From NCBI GenBank assembly GCA_001817215.1, contig MHHX01000019.1, positions 16,302 to 80,301 on the forward strand: DNA of 64,000 nt, given 5' to 3'. Each line of letters starts with the position of its first letter. Position 1 is the stretch's first letter. The stretch is from Candidatus Brennerbacteria bacterium RIFOXYC1_FULL_41_11. Lineage in GTDB: Bacteria > Patescibacteriota > Minisyncoccia > UBA6257 > Brennerbacteraceae. This document shows positions 31,392-38,433 of this stretch, piece by piece. The notes below the pieces were generated by a model that was not told the origin of the DNA, searched no databases, and worked only from the letters and a program-made list of their open reading frames with translations. Position numbers and translations under genes: made by a program.

Positions 31392-32579
31392 ATGCGTAAT
31401 CTACCCAAGCAATCGTTTTTCAAAAATAAACGCGTTTTGGTCCGCGTTGATTTTAATATTGAATTAAAGAACAGAAAGGTTATTGATGATTTTGACATTT
31501 TGCGGGCGTTGAAAACAATCAAATATGTTTCGGGTCGCGCAAAATACACTTTATTGATTAGCCATCTGGGCAATCCTGGCGAAGGAGAAGGATTGAGGTC
31601 TTTGAGGCCAGTCGGTGTTCATCTGTCAGGGCTTTTGAGGAAAAAGGTTTATTTTGTCTTTGACAAGATAAAAGATTTAAAAAACAGCTTGGCGGTTTTG
31701 CCTGAAAATTCCATTGTTCTGCTTGAGAACATCAGGTTTTATTCTGGGGAATACGCTAACGGCCGTTACGTCGATTCTATGTTTTTTGCAAAAGAGCTGG
31801 CAAGTTTGGGCGATTGTTATATTAACGAGGCTTTCGGCGAGTCGCATCGTAGAGTTTCAACAGTTTCTGCGATCACAAATTTTTTGCCGAGCTTTGCCGG
31901 TTTTAACTTTCAAGATGAAATTAAACATCTGGACAAACTGAAAAGCAAACCGCTAAAGCCGCTTGCCCTGATTCTTGGCGGTGCGAAAATGAAAACAAAA
32001 TTGCCCTTGATAAAGAGTTTTATAAAAAAAGCTGATTACATTCTGCTTGGTGGCGCCATTGCCAATACATTTTTGAAAGCTAGGGGTTTTGAGATCGGTA
32101 AGTCTTTGTATGAAAAAAAGTTTGTTAATGAAGCCAAAAAGCTTTTAAAACACAAAAACATTATTTTGCCGACTGATTATATTGTTGCGATGTCATTAAA
32201 AAGTAAGGTTAGCCATGTTTTTAAAACCACTGATCGTCAGTCATCGACCGCTGGTCGTATTCTGGACATTGGCCCTGAGTCATTAAAGCAGTTCAGGGAA
32301 ATTATCAAGTCTGCGCGAACAATTATCTGGAATGGTCCAATGGGATATTATGAAAATCAGGTTTTTGCCAAAAGCACCAAGGCCGTGGCCAAAGAGATTT
32401 TTGTCAATAAAAGAGCTTTCAAAGTCATTGGTGGAGGAGATTCTACCGCGTTTTTGAAAAACTCAAAACTCAAAAATCAAAAATCAAAAATCCCCAATTT
32501 ATTCATTTCCACTGGCGGAGGATCGATGCTGGAGTATTTGGCGGGGAAGAATTTACCCGGGGTTAAAGTGTTGAGCTAA
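31392..32579 (+). CDS. pgk: Phosphoglycerate kinase (divergent substrate site)
   Basis: RVDFN, LLENIRF, GGAK, WNGPMG, GGGDS, STGGGSMLE. Confidence 0.95.
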   Translation: MRNLPKQSFFKNKRVLVRVDFNIELKNRKVIDDFDILRALKTIKYVSGRAKYTLLISHLGNPGEGEGLRSLRPVGVHLSGLLRKKVYFVFDKIKDLKNSLAVLPENSIVLLENIRFYSGEYANGRYVDSMFFAKELASLGDCYINEAFGESHRRVSTVSAITNFLPSFAGFNFQDEIKHLDKLKSKPLKPLALILGGAKMKTKLPLIKSFIKKADYILLGGAIANTFLKARGFEIGKSLYEKKFVNEAKKLLKHKNIILPTDYIVAMSLKSKVSHVFKTTDRQSSTAGRILDIGPESLKQFREIIKSARTIIWNGPMGYYENQVFAKSTKAVAKEIFVNKRAFKVIGGGDSTAFLKNSKLKNQKSKIPNLFISTGGGSMLEYLAGKNLPGVKVLS

Positions 32580-32590
32580 TTATTTTTCTC

Positions 32591-33016
32591 ATGGATAAAG
32601 TTATTATTTTTACTGATGGTGCGTCGAAGGGCAATCCCGGCGAGGCTTCAATCGGTGTCGTGATTGAGCTAGATAAAAATAATCTGAAAGAATATTCGCA
32701 GTATCTTAGCAAGGCCACGAACAATGAAGCAGAGTATCAAGCCATGATTTTCGCTTTTAAAAAGCTCAAAGCCTTACTCGGTAAAGAAAAAGCCAAAAAA
32801 ACGCAGGTTTTGCTTAAAAGCGACAGTCAGTTAATTACCAGTCAGTTGAGAGGCGAGTTTGAGGTTAAAGAACCTGAGTTTTTCCCGTTGTTTATTAAGA
32901 TCTGGAATTTAAGACAGAGTTTTGCCAAAGTTGAGTTTGAAACAATTCCGAGAGAAAAAAACAAACTGGCAGACGAGCTGGCAAACTCGGTTTTCCGTCA
33001 AAATAAACTGTTTTAA
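32591..33016 (+). CDS. rnhA: Ribonuclease HI family protein
   Basis: FTDGASKGNPG, TNNEAEY, SDSQL, IPREKNKLADELAN. Confidence 0.9.
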   Translation: MDKVIIFTDGASKGNPGEASIGVVIELDKNNLKEYSQYLSKATNNEAEYQAMIFAFKKLKALLGKEKAKKTQVLLKSDSQLITSQLRGEFEVKEPEFFPLFIKIWNLRQSFAKVEFETIPREKNKLADELANSVFRQNKLF

Positions 33017-33110
33017 CCTTGCTTTTTGAGCGTATTTGTTCTATACTTGGGTGCTGCGTAGGCAGTATTTTTTAAGCGAGAATAGAAAAAAATTCATAAT
33101 CTTTAGAAGA

Positions 33111-33836
33111 ATGGATCAAGATAACCAATTAATCGCGCAGTTTTTAGACAAGGGTCTCCACTGGGGTGTGCGTCGATCTTTTATTCATCCAAAAATGAAG
33201 CCTTTTGTTTTTACTTACAAGGGCGATCTGGCAGTCATAAATCTTCAGAAAAGCGCCGATCTCTGGGATAAGACTTTTAAGTCTTTATCGGATTTAATTT
33301 CTCAGGGCAAAAGCATTTTGTTTGTTGCTACCCAGCCGGCAGCCGAAGCGATTGTAAAAAAATACGGTCAGGAATTTGGTTTTCCGTATATTACAACCCG
33401 ATGGCTTGGGGGCACGATCACCAATTTCGAAACTTTCAAAAAGAGGTTAGAGCACCTCAAAGGACTTGATGCCAAGGTTGCTTCTTCCGATATTGAAAAA
33501 TATACCAAGAAAGAAAAAGGGTTGATGCAGAAGGAAGCAGATGAAATCAGAAAAAAGTTCGACGGGTTGGTGAAGATGACAACCTTTCCGGATGCAATCT
33601 TTGTTTTTTGCGGAAAGAAGCATAGTACAGCTTTGAAAGAGGCTCAGAGAAAAAATATGAAAGTTTTTGGTATCTTTGGACTTGAGGATAATCCAGAAGA
33701 GGCGACCGAGTTTGTGCCTTTGAATGATAACGTGAGAATTGGTATTGAGTTTGTGATGGAAACCGTCGCGGAGCTTTATCGGAAACTTCAATCCAAAGAA
33801 GTCGATAGTGGCAAGGCTTTAGTTGCCGAATCTTAG
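33111..33836 (+). CDS. rpsB: 30S ribosomal protein S2
   Basis: GLHWG, HPKMKPF, RWLGGTITNF; ATG at 33111. Confidence 0.97.
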   Translation: MDQDNQLIAQFLDKGLHWGVRRSFIHPKMKPFVFTYKGDLAVINLQKSADLWDKTFKSLSDLISQGKSILFVATQPAAEAIVKKYGQEFGFPYITTRWLGGTITNFETFKKRLEHLKGLDAKVASSDIEKYTKKEKGLMQKEADEIRKKFDGLVKMTTFPDAIFVFCGKKHSTALKEAQRKNMKVFGIFGLEDNPEEATEFVPLNDNVRIGIEFVMETVAELYRKLQSKEVDSGKALVAES

Positions 33837-33945
33837 CCAAATTTTTTCGTTCCTTTTTTCGGTTTATTTTTTGACACTTGAAATTGGAAATTTCTTTTCT
33901 GATCCAGTCTTTGGCTTTTGAATTTTAAATTTTTAACTTAATATT

Positions 33946-34542
33946 ATGTATAAACCCACGACTGACGAAATCAAGAAACTTCGCGAAACAACATTCGCGC
34001 CGATGATTCAGTGCAAAGAGGCTTTGGTTACAACCGAAGGGGATTTTAAGAAAGCGATTACTTGGCTTAATGAAAAAGGGTTGATTAAAGCAGCTTCAAA
34101 GTCAGAGAGAATAACTGGTGCCGGCGTTATAGACGCCTATATTCACAATGGCGCTCAGGTTGGTGTACTTTTGGATCTGCGTTGTGAAACAGATTTTGTC
34201 GCCAAGAATGAAGAGTTCAAAAAATTGAGTCACGATCTTTGTTTACAGATCGCATCAATGAATCCTTTGTGGGTGTCGCAAGAAGATGTGCCAAGCGAGG
34301 TCGTGTCTGAAAAAAAAGTGATATGGGAAAAAGAGCTTCGTGAGCAAGAAAAATCTGAGAATATGTTTGAAAAGATTATTCAGGGCAAGCTTGATGGATT
34401 TTACAAAGAAAATTGTCTGTTGAGCCAGATTTATTTCCGAGATGAAGAAGGTAAGCTGACAATCAAGAATCTTATTGGTCAGACGATCGCCAAAACCGGA
34501 GAAAACGTTAAAGTGGCTAATTTCACAAGGTTTTCTATATGA
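33946..34542 (+). CDS. tsf: Elongation factor Ts (short form)
   Basis: IKKLRETT, LRCETDFVAKN, GENVKV..F.RF. Confidence 0.97.
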   Translation: MYKPTTDEIKKLRETTFAPMIQCKEALVTTEGDFKKAITWLNEKGLIKAASKSERITGAGVIDAYIHNGAQVGVLLDLRCETDFVAKNEEFKKLSHDLCLQIASMNPLWVSQEDVPSEVVSEKKVIWEKELREQEKSENMFEKIIQGKLDGFYKENCLLSQIYFRDEEGKLTIKNLIGQTIAKTGENVKVANFTRFSI

Positions 34543-35171
34543 TTTGGGAAGTGCTTCCCCTGATTTTAATATTTTTAGGGTTTGGCAGCGCCCTGATTTT
34601 TTTGGTGAAAAAATCAGAGTCAATTTCTGATGAAGAAGTAAACAAGACCCTCGATAATATCAAGTTGGTTAAGCTGATAAAGATTTTTTATCATCAAAAA
34701 ATCAAGCCGAAACTTCAATCACGCGTGATTGAAGAAAAAACCCTTCTCTTTGTTGAGAAAGAGTTGCGTTGGTTAAGGATTTTAGCCTTGAAGCTGGAAA
34801 ATTGGCTGACTAAACAAATCGACGGCGTTAAAAACTTGCGGGTTAAACCGGAAGCAGATCCGTTATACTGGCTTTCGGTCAGGCGAGATGCTTTAGAGAA
34901 GAAAATCAACGAGGTATTTCAGTTCAGTTTTAATGCCAAATACGATCCTTTTAAAGAAGAAGAGAAGTTGGTAAAGAAGGGTATCGAAGATATTAATGAA
35001 TGGTTGAAAATCGTCAAGTTTCATCTTGAAAGAGACGATATTTCAGAGGCCCGCAGGCTGATTATCCGTTGCTGGAAGATTAATCCTGACGATGAAAAAC
35101 TCAAGCTTTTGCTTGAAAGGTTTCACCTGAGTCTTGAAGAAGACCAGTTGAAAGAGGAAAAACAGAGCTAG
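34539..35171 (+). CDS. Membrane-anchored hypothetical protein with a TPR-like C-terminus
   Basis: N-terminal TM; helical C-terminus; overlaps the tsf stop. Confidence 0.65.
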   Translation: MIWEVLPLILIFLGFGSALIFLVKKSESISDEEVNKTLDNIKLVKLIKIFYHQKIKPKLQSRVIEEKTLLFVEKELRWLRILALKLENWLTKQIDGVKNLRVKPEADPLYWLSVRRDALEKKINEVFQFSFNAKYDPFKEEEKLVKKGIEDINEWLKIVKFHLERDDISEARRLIIRCWKINPDDEKLKLLLERFHLSLEEDQLKEEKQS

Positions 35172-35211
35172 TTTGTTATAATTCAACTCGGCTTGATATA
35201 ATAAAATGCAT

Positions 35212-35295
35212 GCTGGGATGGTAGAGCGGTCAATTACAAGAGACTGTAAATCTCTCGCCCTTAGGGCTACGCAGGTTCGAATCCTGCTCCCAGCA
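35212..35295 (+). tRNA. tRNA-Tyr(GTA)
   Basis: GCTGGGA/TCCCAGC acceptor, AGAGA-CTGTAAA-TCTCT, long variable arm, TTCGAAT T loop. Confidence 0.95.
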
Positions 35296-35338
35296 CTCTG
35301 ACTCGCAGGGGCCTTACTCGCTCGGTGCGAGTACTAGA

Positions 35339-35587
35339 GGCCCTATCGTCTAGCCCGGTCTAGTCATGCCAGCGGCAGATCCGCCTTTGGCGGAGACATC
35401 GCCCCTTTCACCTGTCAAAATTTTAATTAAAATTGAGTTATCTCATGGCGCTATCGTCTAGCCCGGTCCAGGACGCTGCCCTCTCACGGCAGAAACACGA
35501 GTTCAAATCTCGTTAGCGCTACATGGTTAAAAATTAGGTGGGCGAGCGGCGAATCCGCCAGCTGGCGCACAAGTCCCGTTAGGGCTA
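35339..35587 (+). pseudogene. Interrupted tRNA-Glu(TTC)-like gene with insertions in the D arm, anticodon arm and T arm
   Basis: 5' part GGCCCTATCGTCTAGCCCGGTCTAG..GACATCGCCCCTTTCAC and 3' part GGCGA..CAAGTCCCGTTAGGGCTA; acceptor halves GGCCCTA/TAGGGCT pair. Confidence 0.7.
35447..35521 (+). tRNA. tRNA-Glu(CTC)
   Basis: GGCGCTA/TAGCGCT acceptor, CTGCC-CTCTCAC-GGCAG, ACGAG-TTCAAAT-CTCGT. Confidence 0.95.
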
Positions 35588-35588
35588 C

Positions 35589-35616
35589 TTGACAAAGAAT
35601 CAGTATTTGCTATAAT
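35589..35616 (+). promoter_or_regulatory. Consensus sigma70 promoter
   Basis: TTGACA-16 nt-TATAAT with extended TG. Confidence 0.8.
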
Positions 35617-35629
35617 ATAAATACAATTT

Positions 35630-35923
35630 ATATAAAACATCCCACGGAACCTTAGGCGAAGTGGGGAAGTGGAGTCACGATCCATGATGTTGCCTCGCAA
35701 AATCGGGGACGGAAGCTGAACCGTAATTAATCCAGCAAGCGGTGTCACTGTAGATTACAACTGGCGTTTACGCTGAGCGTAGTCGAAGCGCGGAGCCGAC
35801 CAAAGAGCCATGACTTTTAATGGAGTTATGGAATGAGGATGGGACCGCGGGAGGTCTCTTTTTTTATAGTCTCTCGTTCCTTGCTTACTACTTTTGTAGT
35901 AATTGAGGAACGAGAGGTTTTTT
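35630..35923 (+). promoter_or_regulatory. T-box riboswitch (transcriptional; probably His-specific)
   Basis: GCTGAA apical loop near 35715; AAAGAG then stem III at 35808-35831; GAGGA-TGGGACC-GCGGGAG pairs with CTCTCGT-TCCTT; competing terminator 35871-35916 plus T6. Confidence 0.78.
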
Positions 35924-36020
35924 GATTCTTCGCGGAGTGAAGAATCAACCCTGAGCGTAGGTAGCCACGCTTGGCGTGGCGTAGTCGAAGGGTGTTTACC
36001 TTTCGTAGAAGGAGGCGTTG

Positions 36021-36104
36021 ATGAGTAAAATACATCGCGCATTTGGAGGGTCTGGCCCTCACGGTTTTCGTCGGGAAAGATTTGATCAGTCTTTCCCGAT
36101 GTGA
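36021..36104 (+). CDS. Possible 27-aa peptide MSKIHRAFGGSGPHGFRRERFDQSFPM
   Basis: AAGGAGG SD at 36009-36015; stop 1 nt before tRNA-His. Confidence 0.3.
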   Translation: MSKIHRAFGGSGPHGFRRERFDQSFPM

Positions 36105-36105
36105 T

Positions 36106-36178
36106 GGTCTCTGTAGCTCAATAGTAGAGCGTTGCTCTGTGAAAGCAATGGCTGGGGGTGCAAATCCCCTCAGAGACC
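36106..36178 (+). tRNA. tRNA-His(GTG)
   Basis: Encoded G-1 opposite C73, GTCTCTG/CAGAGAC, TTGCT-CTGTGAA-AGCAA; atypical T loop TGCAAAT. Confidence 0.9.
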
Positions 36179-36323
36179 CAAAATGCAAACTGCTTTGCAT
36201 TTTATGGGATTTGCAAGCCGGAGTGATATTTAACTTGCGTATGGCAAGTTAAATCACGAGGCGGGATCGCGGCAAAATTTTCGGAAGAAAATTTTAGCTG
36301 TGACCAAATCCCCTCAGAGACCC
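36161..36323 (+). repeat. 19-bp duplication of the tRNA-His 3' end flanking a 125-bp hairpin element
   Basis: CAAATCCCCTCAGAGACCC at 36161-36179 and 36305-36323. Confidence 0.85.
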
Positions 36324-36328
36324 TGGGC

Positions 36329-36492
36329 TGTGGATGTTTTATTTTTCTGCCGGCTTCGCCCCGTTTTACGGGGCTCGTCAACTTACTCCAGCGGTAAGTT
36401 GTGGCCTGTTCTCTCGCCTCGACGGCCCTTCGACTGCGCTCAGGGACCAAGCCCGTCGGGGTTCCGAGAACCAGAAAAACAAAACATCCACA
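36329..36492. mobile_element. MITE-like element with 21-bp terminal inverted repeats
   Basis: TGTGGATGTTTTATTTTTCTG / CAGAAAAACAAAACATCCACA (1 mismatch) enclosing hairpins and a REP copy; no target-site duplication seen. Confidence 0.5.
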
Positions 36493-36519
36493 AATCCTAT
36501 TAAACAAAAAATAAAAGAA

Positions 36520-37440
36520 ATGAGCTACAAAAACAAAAAATTGAAGAAGGTCAGATTTAATCAACTCAAAAGGTCGATCGGGTTGATTAAAATTGCTCTT
36601 TGGAAAAAAATCAAAGTTCTTTTGCCGAAAAGAAAGGAGACAGCCGTGTTGAAACAAACAGTTTTTCTGATGCAGGATTTGAGACTGTTGGCTGAACGAG
36701 TCAGGGAGAATAACAAGAAAATTCAAACCTGGGTTGATAAGTATATTGAGGAATGTATTTTGGTTGGTAAACCGGTACAGATCTTGACTCAGTGGTGTTT
36801 TTCGCTTGACTTTGAGGTAAGGTTGCAAAAACAAGGTGGGAAGTTTGCGCCGACAAAAACAGAGCGAGAACTGGTTTTCAAATGGTTCCCGACTGTTCTG
36901 GAGGTTTTCGAAAAGAGGAATGTGCCAATCAATTGGATTGTTACTTTCAATCGATCCTATCTCGACAGCGGCAGGCTGGAACCAGAGACAGAAAGGGCTT
37001 ATCAGGAGATGGTTCAGGGATTGTTTGATGAGGCTGGTTTATCCAGCAAGATTCTTCTTTGTAATTGGGAAGACGATGTTCTTCTGAAAAAACCGGAGCC
37101 AGATAAAAATGTTCTTGAGAATCTGGGAGAATTTTTGGTTCCAGCCGCACTCCAAATTGTTTTTAATCAACACAAGAGCTGGGCCCTGGGAGAAGCCGGG
37201 CTCAAGCAAGCAGATGAAGAACTGTGGCAGGACGTGAAGTTCCAGATTGCTTGTGAAGCTGAAGAAGGCAGGTTCCTTTGCGATTCGGAAGAATCGCCGT
37301 TGAGTGAAGGCAAGTTCATCCTGGTTCCCTTGGAAGTCGCCGAGAGGTATAATCCAACGTTCTTAATTCTTAATCCTGAATTTGAGGAAAGGATTGCTTC
37401 GTTGTTGCCGCCATATCCTTGGCGTATGACTGAAGAATAA
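36520..37440 (+). CDS. Uncharacterised alpha/beta protein (306 aa) downstream of T-box and tRNA-His
   Basis: ATG at 36520 after an A-rich leader; globular composition; terminator follows. Confidence 0.8.
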   Translation: MSYKNKKLKKVRFNQLKRSIGLIKIALWKKIKVLLPKRKETAVLKQTVFLMQDLRLLAERVRENNKKIQTWVDKYIEECILVGKPVQILTQWCFSLDFEVRLQKQGGKFAPTKTERELVFKWFPTVLEVFEKRNVPINWIVTFNRSYLDSGRLEPETERAYQEMVQGLFDEAGLSSKILLCNWEDDVLLKKPEPDKNVLENLGEFLVPAALQIVFNQHKSWALGEAGLKQADEELWQDVKFQIACEAEEGRFLCDSEESPLSEGKFILVPLEVAERYNPTFLILNPEFEERIASLLPPYPWRMTEE

Positions 37441-37442
37441 TA

Positions 37443-37472
37443 TAAAAAACCGCCCAAAAGGGCGGTTTTTTA
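37443..37472 (+). terminator. Intrinsic terminator
   Basis: TAAAAAACCGCCC-AAAA-GGGCGGTTTTTTA. Confidence 0.85.
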
Positions 37473-37607
37473 CTGCCTTGAAAAAACAACGCCGGTTATT
37501 TTCTCAAGGCACGGGGGTAAGGAGGAAATCCCCCGTGCGCATGTAAAGAGCTGTTTTCAATTATAGCATACTTTTAGCCCTTTTCTTGGTGATATAATAC
37601 ATGAAAT

Positions 37608-37925
37608 ATGAAATACTTAATTGTCCTGGCATTTTTAATGAATTTTGTTTCCTGGGGAATGATTTTTTACTTTGTGCCCGAAGTGAACTTTCCTTTTATT
37701 GTGAAGTACAATATTTCTGCCGGTAAAGATATTTTCGGAACAAAGCTTTCGCTGTTCAGCTTGCCGGCAATGGGATTGCTAATTTTGGTGATCAATGCTA
37801 TATTGGCCCTATCATTGATTAAGATTAACAAAGAGTTGTCGACGCTCATTCTTGGAATGACGTGTTTTTTTGAAATTTTGATCGGTCTTTACGCGTGGAT
37901 AACGATATTTATCAACACTTATTAA
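37608..37925 (+). CDS. Small 3-TM membrane protein
   Basis: Three hydrophobic segments; TGATATAAT upstream. Confidence 0.7.
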   Translation: MKYLIVLAFLMNFVSWGMIFYFVPEVNFPFIVKYNISAGKDIFGTKLSLFSLPAMGLLILVINAILALSLIKINKELSTLILGMTCFFEILIGLYAWITIFINTY

Positions 37926-38019
37926 GCGGGGTCAAGGGTTGGAAAATAAAATTCTCCGCCAGGGGCGGATCCACCTCTTGAGGAAAAGTTCAAAACCAGA
38001 AAAAAGAAAAACAAAACAT

Positions 38020-38361
38020 ATGCAAAAAGCAGTTGTGAAAATTAAAGGTCATCAGTACCTAGTCTTTGAAGGACAGAAGATTAAAGTTCAGAAAATGAAA
38101 GCCGAGCCAGGCGACAAGCTGGAGTTAAAAGATATTTTCTTAGTATTTTCAGATTCCGCCGAAGGCGGATCCGTCTCTGGCGCAAAAGAGTTCAAACTGG
38201 GCAAACCAGTTGCTGAGAAATCTTCTGTCGAAGCTAAAGTTTTGCGTCAAGCGAGGAGCCGGAAGCTGACGGTTTTCAAATACGGTCCGAAAACCAGGAG
38301 AAGGGTCAAGCGGGGATTTAGAGCAGAATATACGGAAATTGAAATCACGAGCATAAAATAA
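38020..38361 (+). CDS. rplU: 50S ribosomal protein L21 with a 10-aa palindrome-derived insertion
   Basis: AVVKIKGHQYLV.EGQ, GKP, GFRAEYTEIEI; ATG at 38020. Confidence 0.95.
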   Translation: MQKAVVKIKGHQYLVFEGQKIKVQKMKAEPGDKLELKDIFLVFSDSAEGGSVSGAKEFKLGKPVAEKSSVEAKVLRQARSRKLTVFKYGPKTRRRVKRGFRAEYTEIEITSIK

Positions 38362-38433
38362 GCTCGTGACTTCAATTTATGATTTAGTTGTTTGAGTCCT
38401 GTTCGAAATTTGTTATTTGGAGTCGGCAAAGCT

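Noticed and set aside
35841-35865. GGGACC/GGTCTC hairpin plus T7 as a plain terminator explaining the region instead of a T-box
   Set aside because: The stem is short, and the longer antiterminator/terminator pair with stem III fits T-box architecture better; it may still be a competing fold.
36180-36304. Prophage or integrative island at tRNA-His implied by the att-like duplication
   Set aside because: Only 125 bp lie between the repeats and no integrase is in the window; reported as a mini-element instead.
36334-36519. N-terminal 62 aa of the 368-aa ORF call
   Set aside because: It translates the TIR/REP element; the ATG at 36520 after an A-rich leader is more plausible.
35527-36834. Minus-strand and short ORFs over the T-box/tRNA-His region
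   Set aside because: They are shadow ORFs across structured RNA, a tRNA and the antisense of a real gene.
37939-38019. N-terminal extension of L21 (likewise the extensions on rpsB, rplN, rpsE, uvrA, groES and rmuC in the ORF track)
   Set aside because: These are upstream alternative-start artefacts, some running through repeats; conserved N-termini begin at downstream starts.
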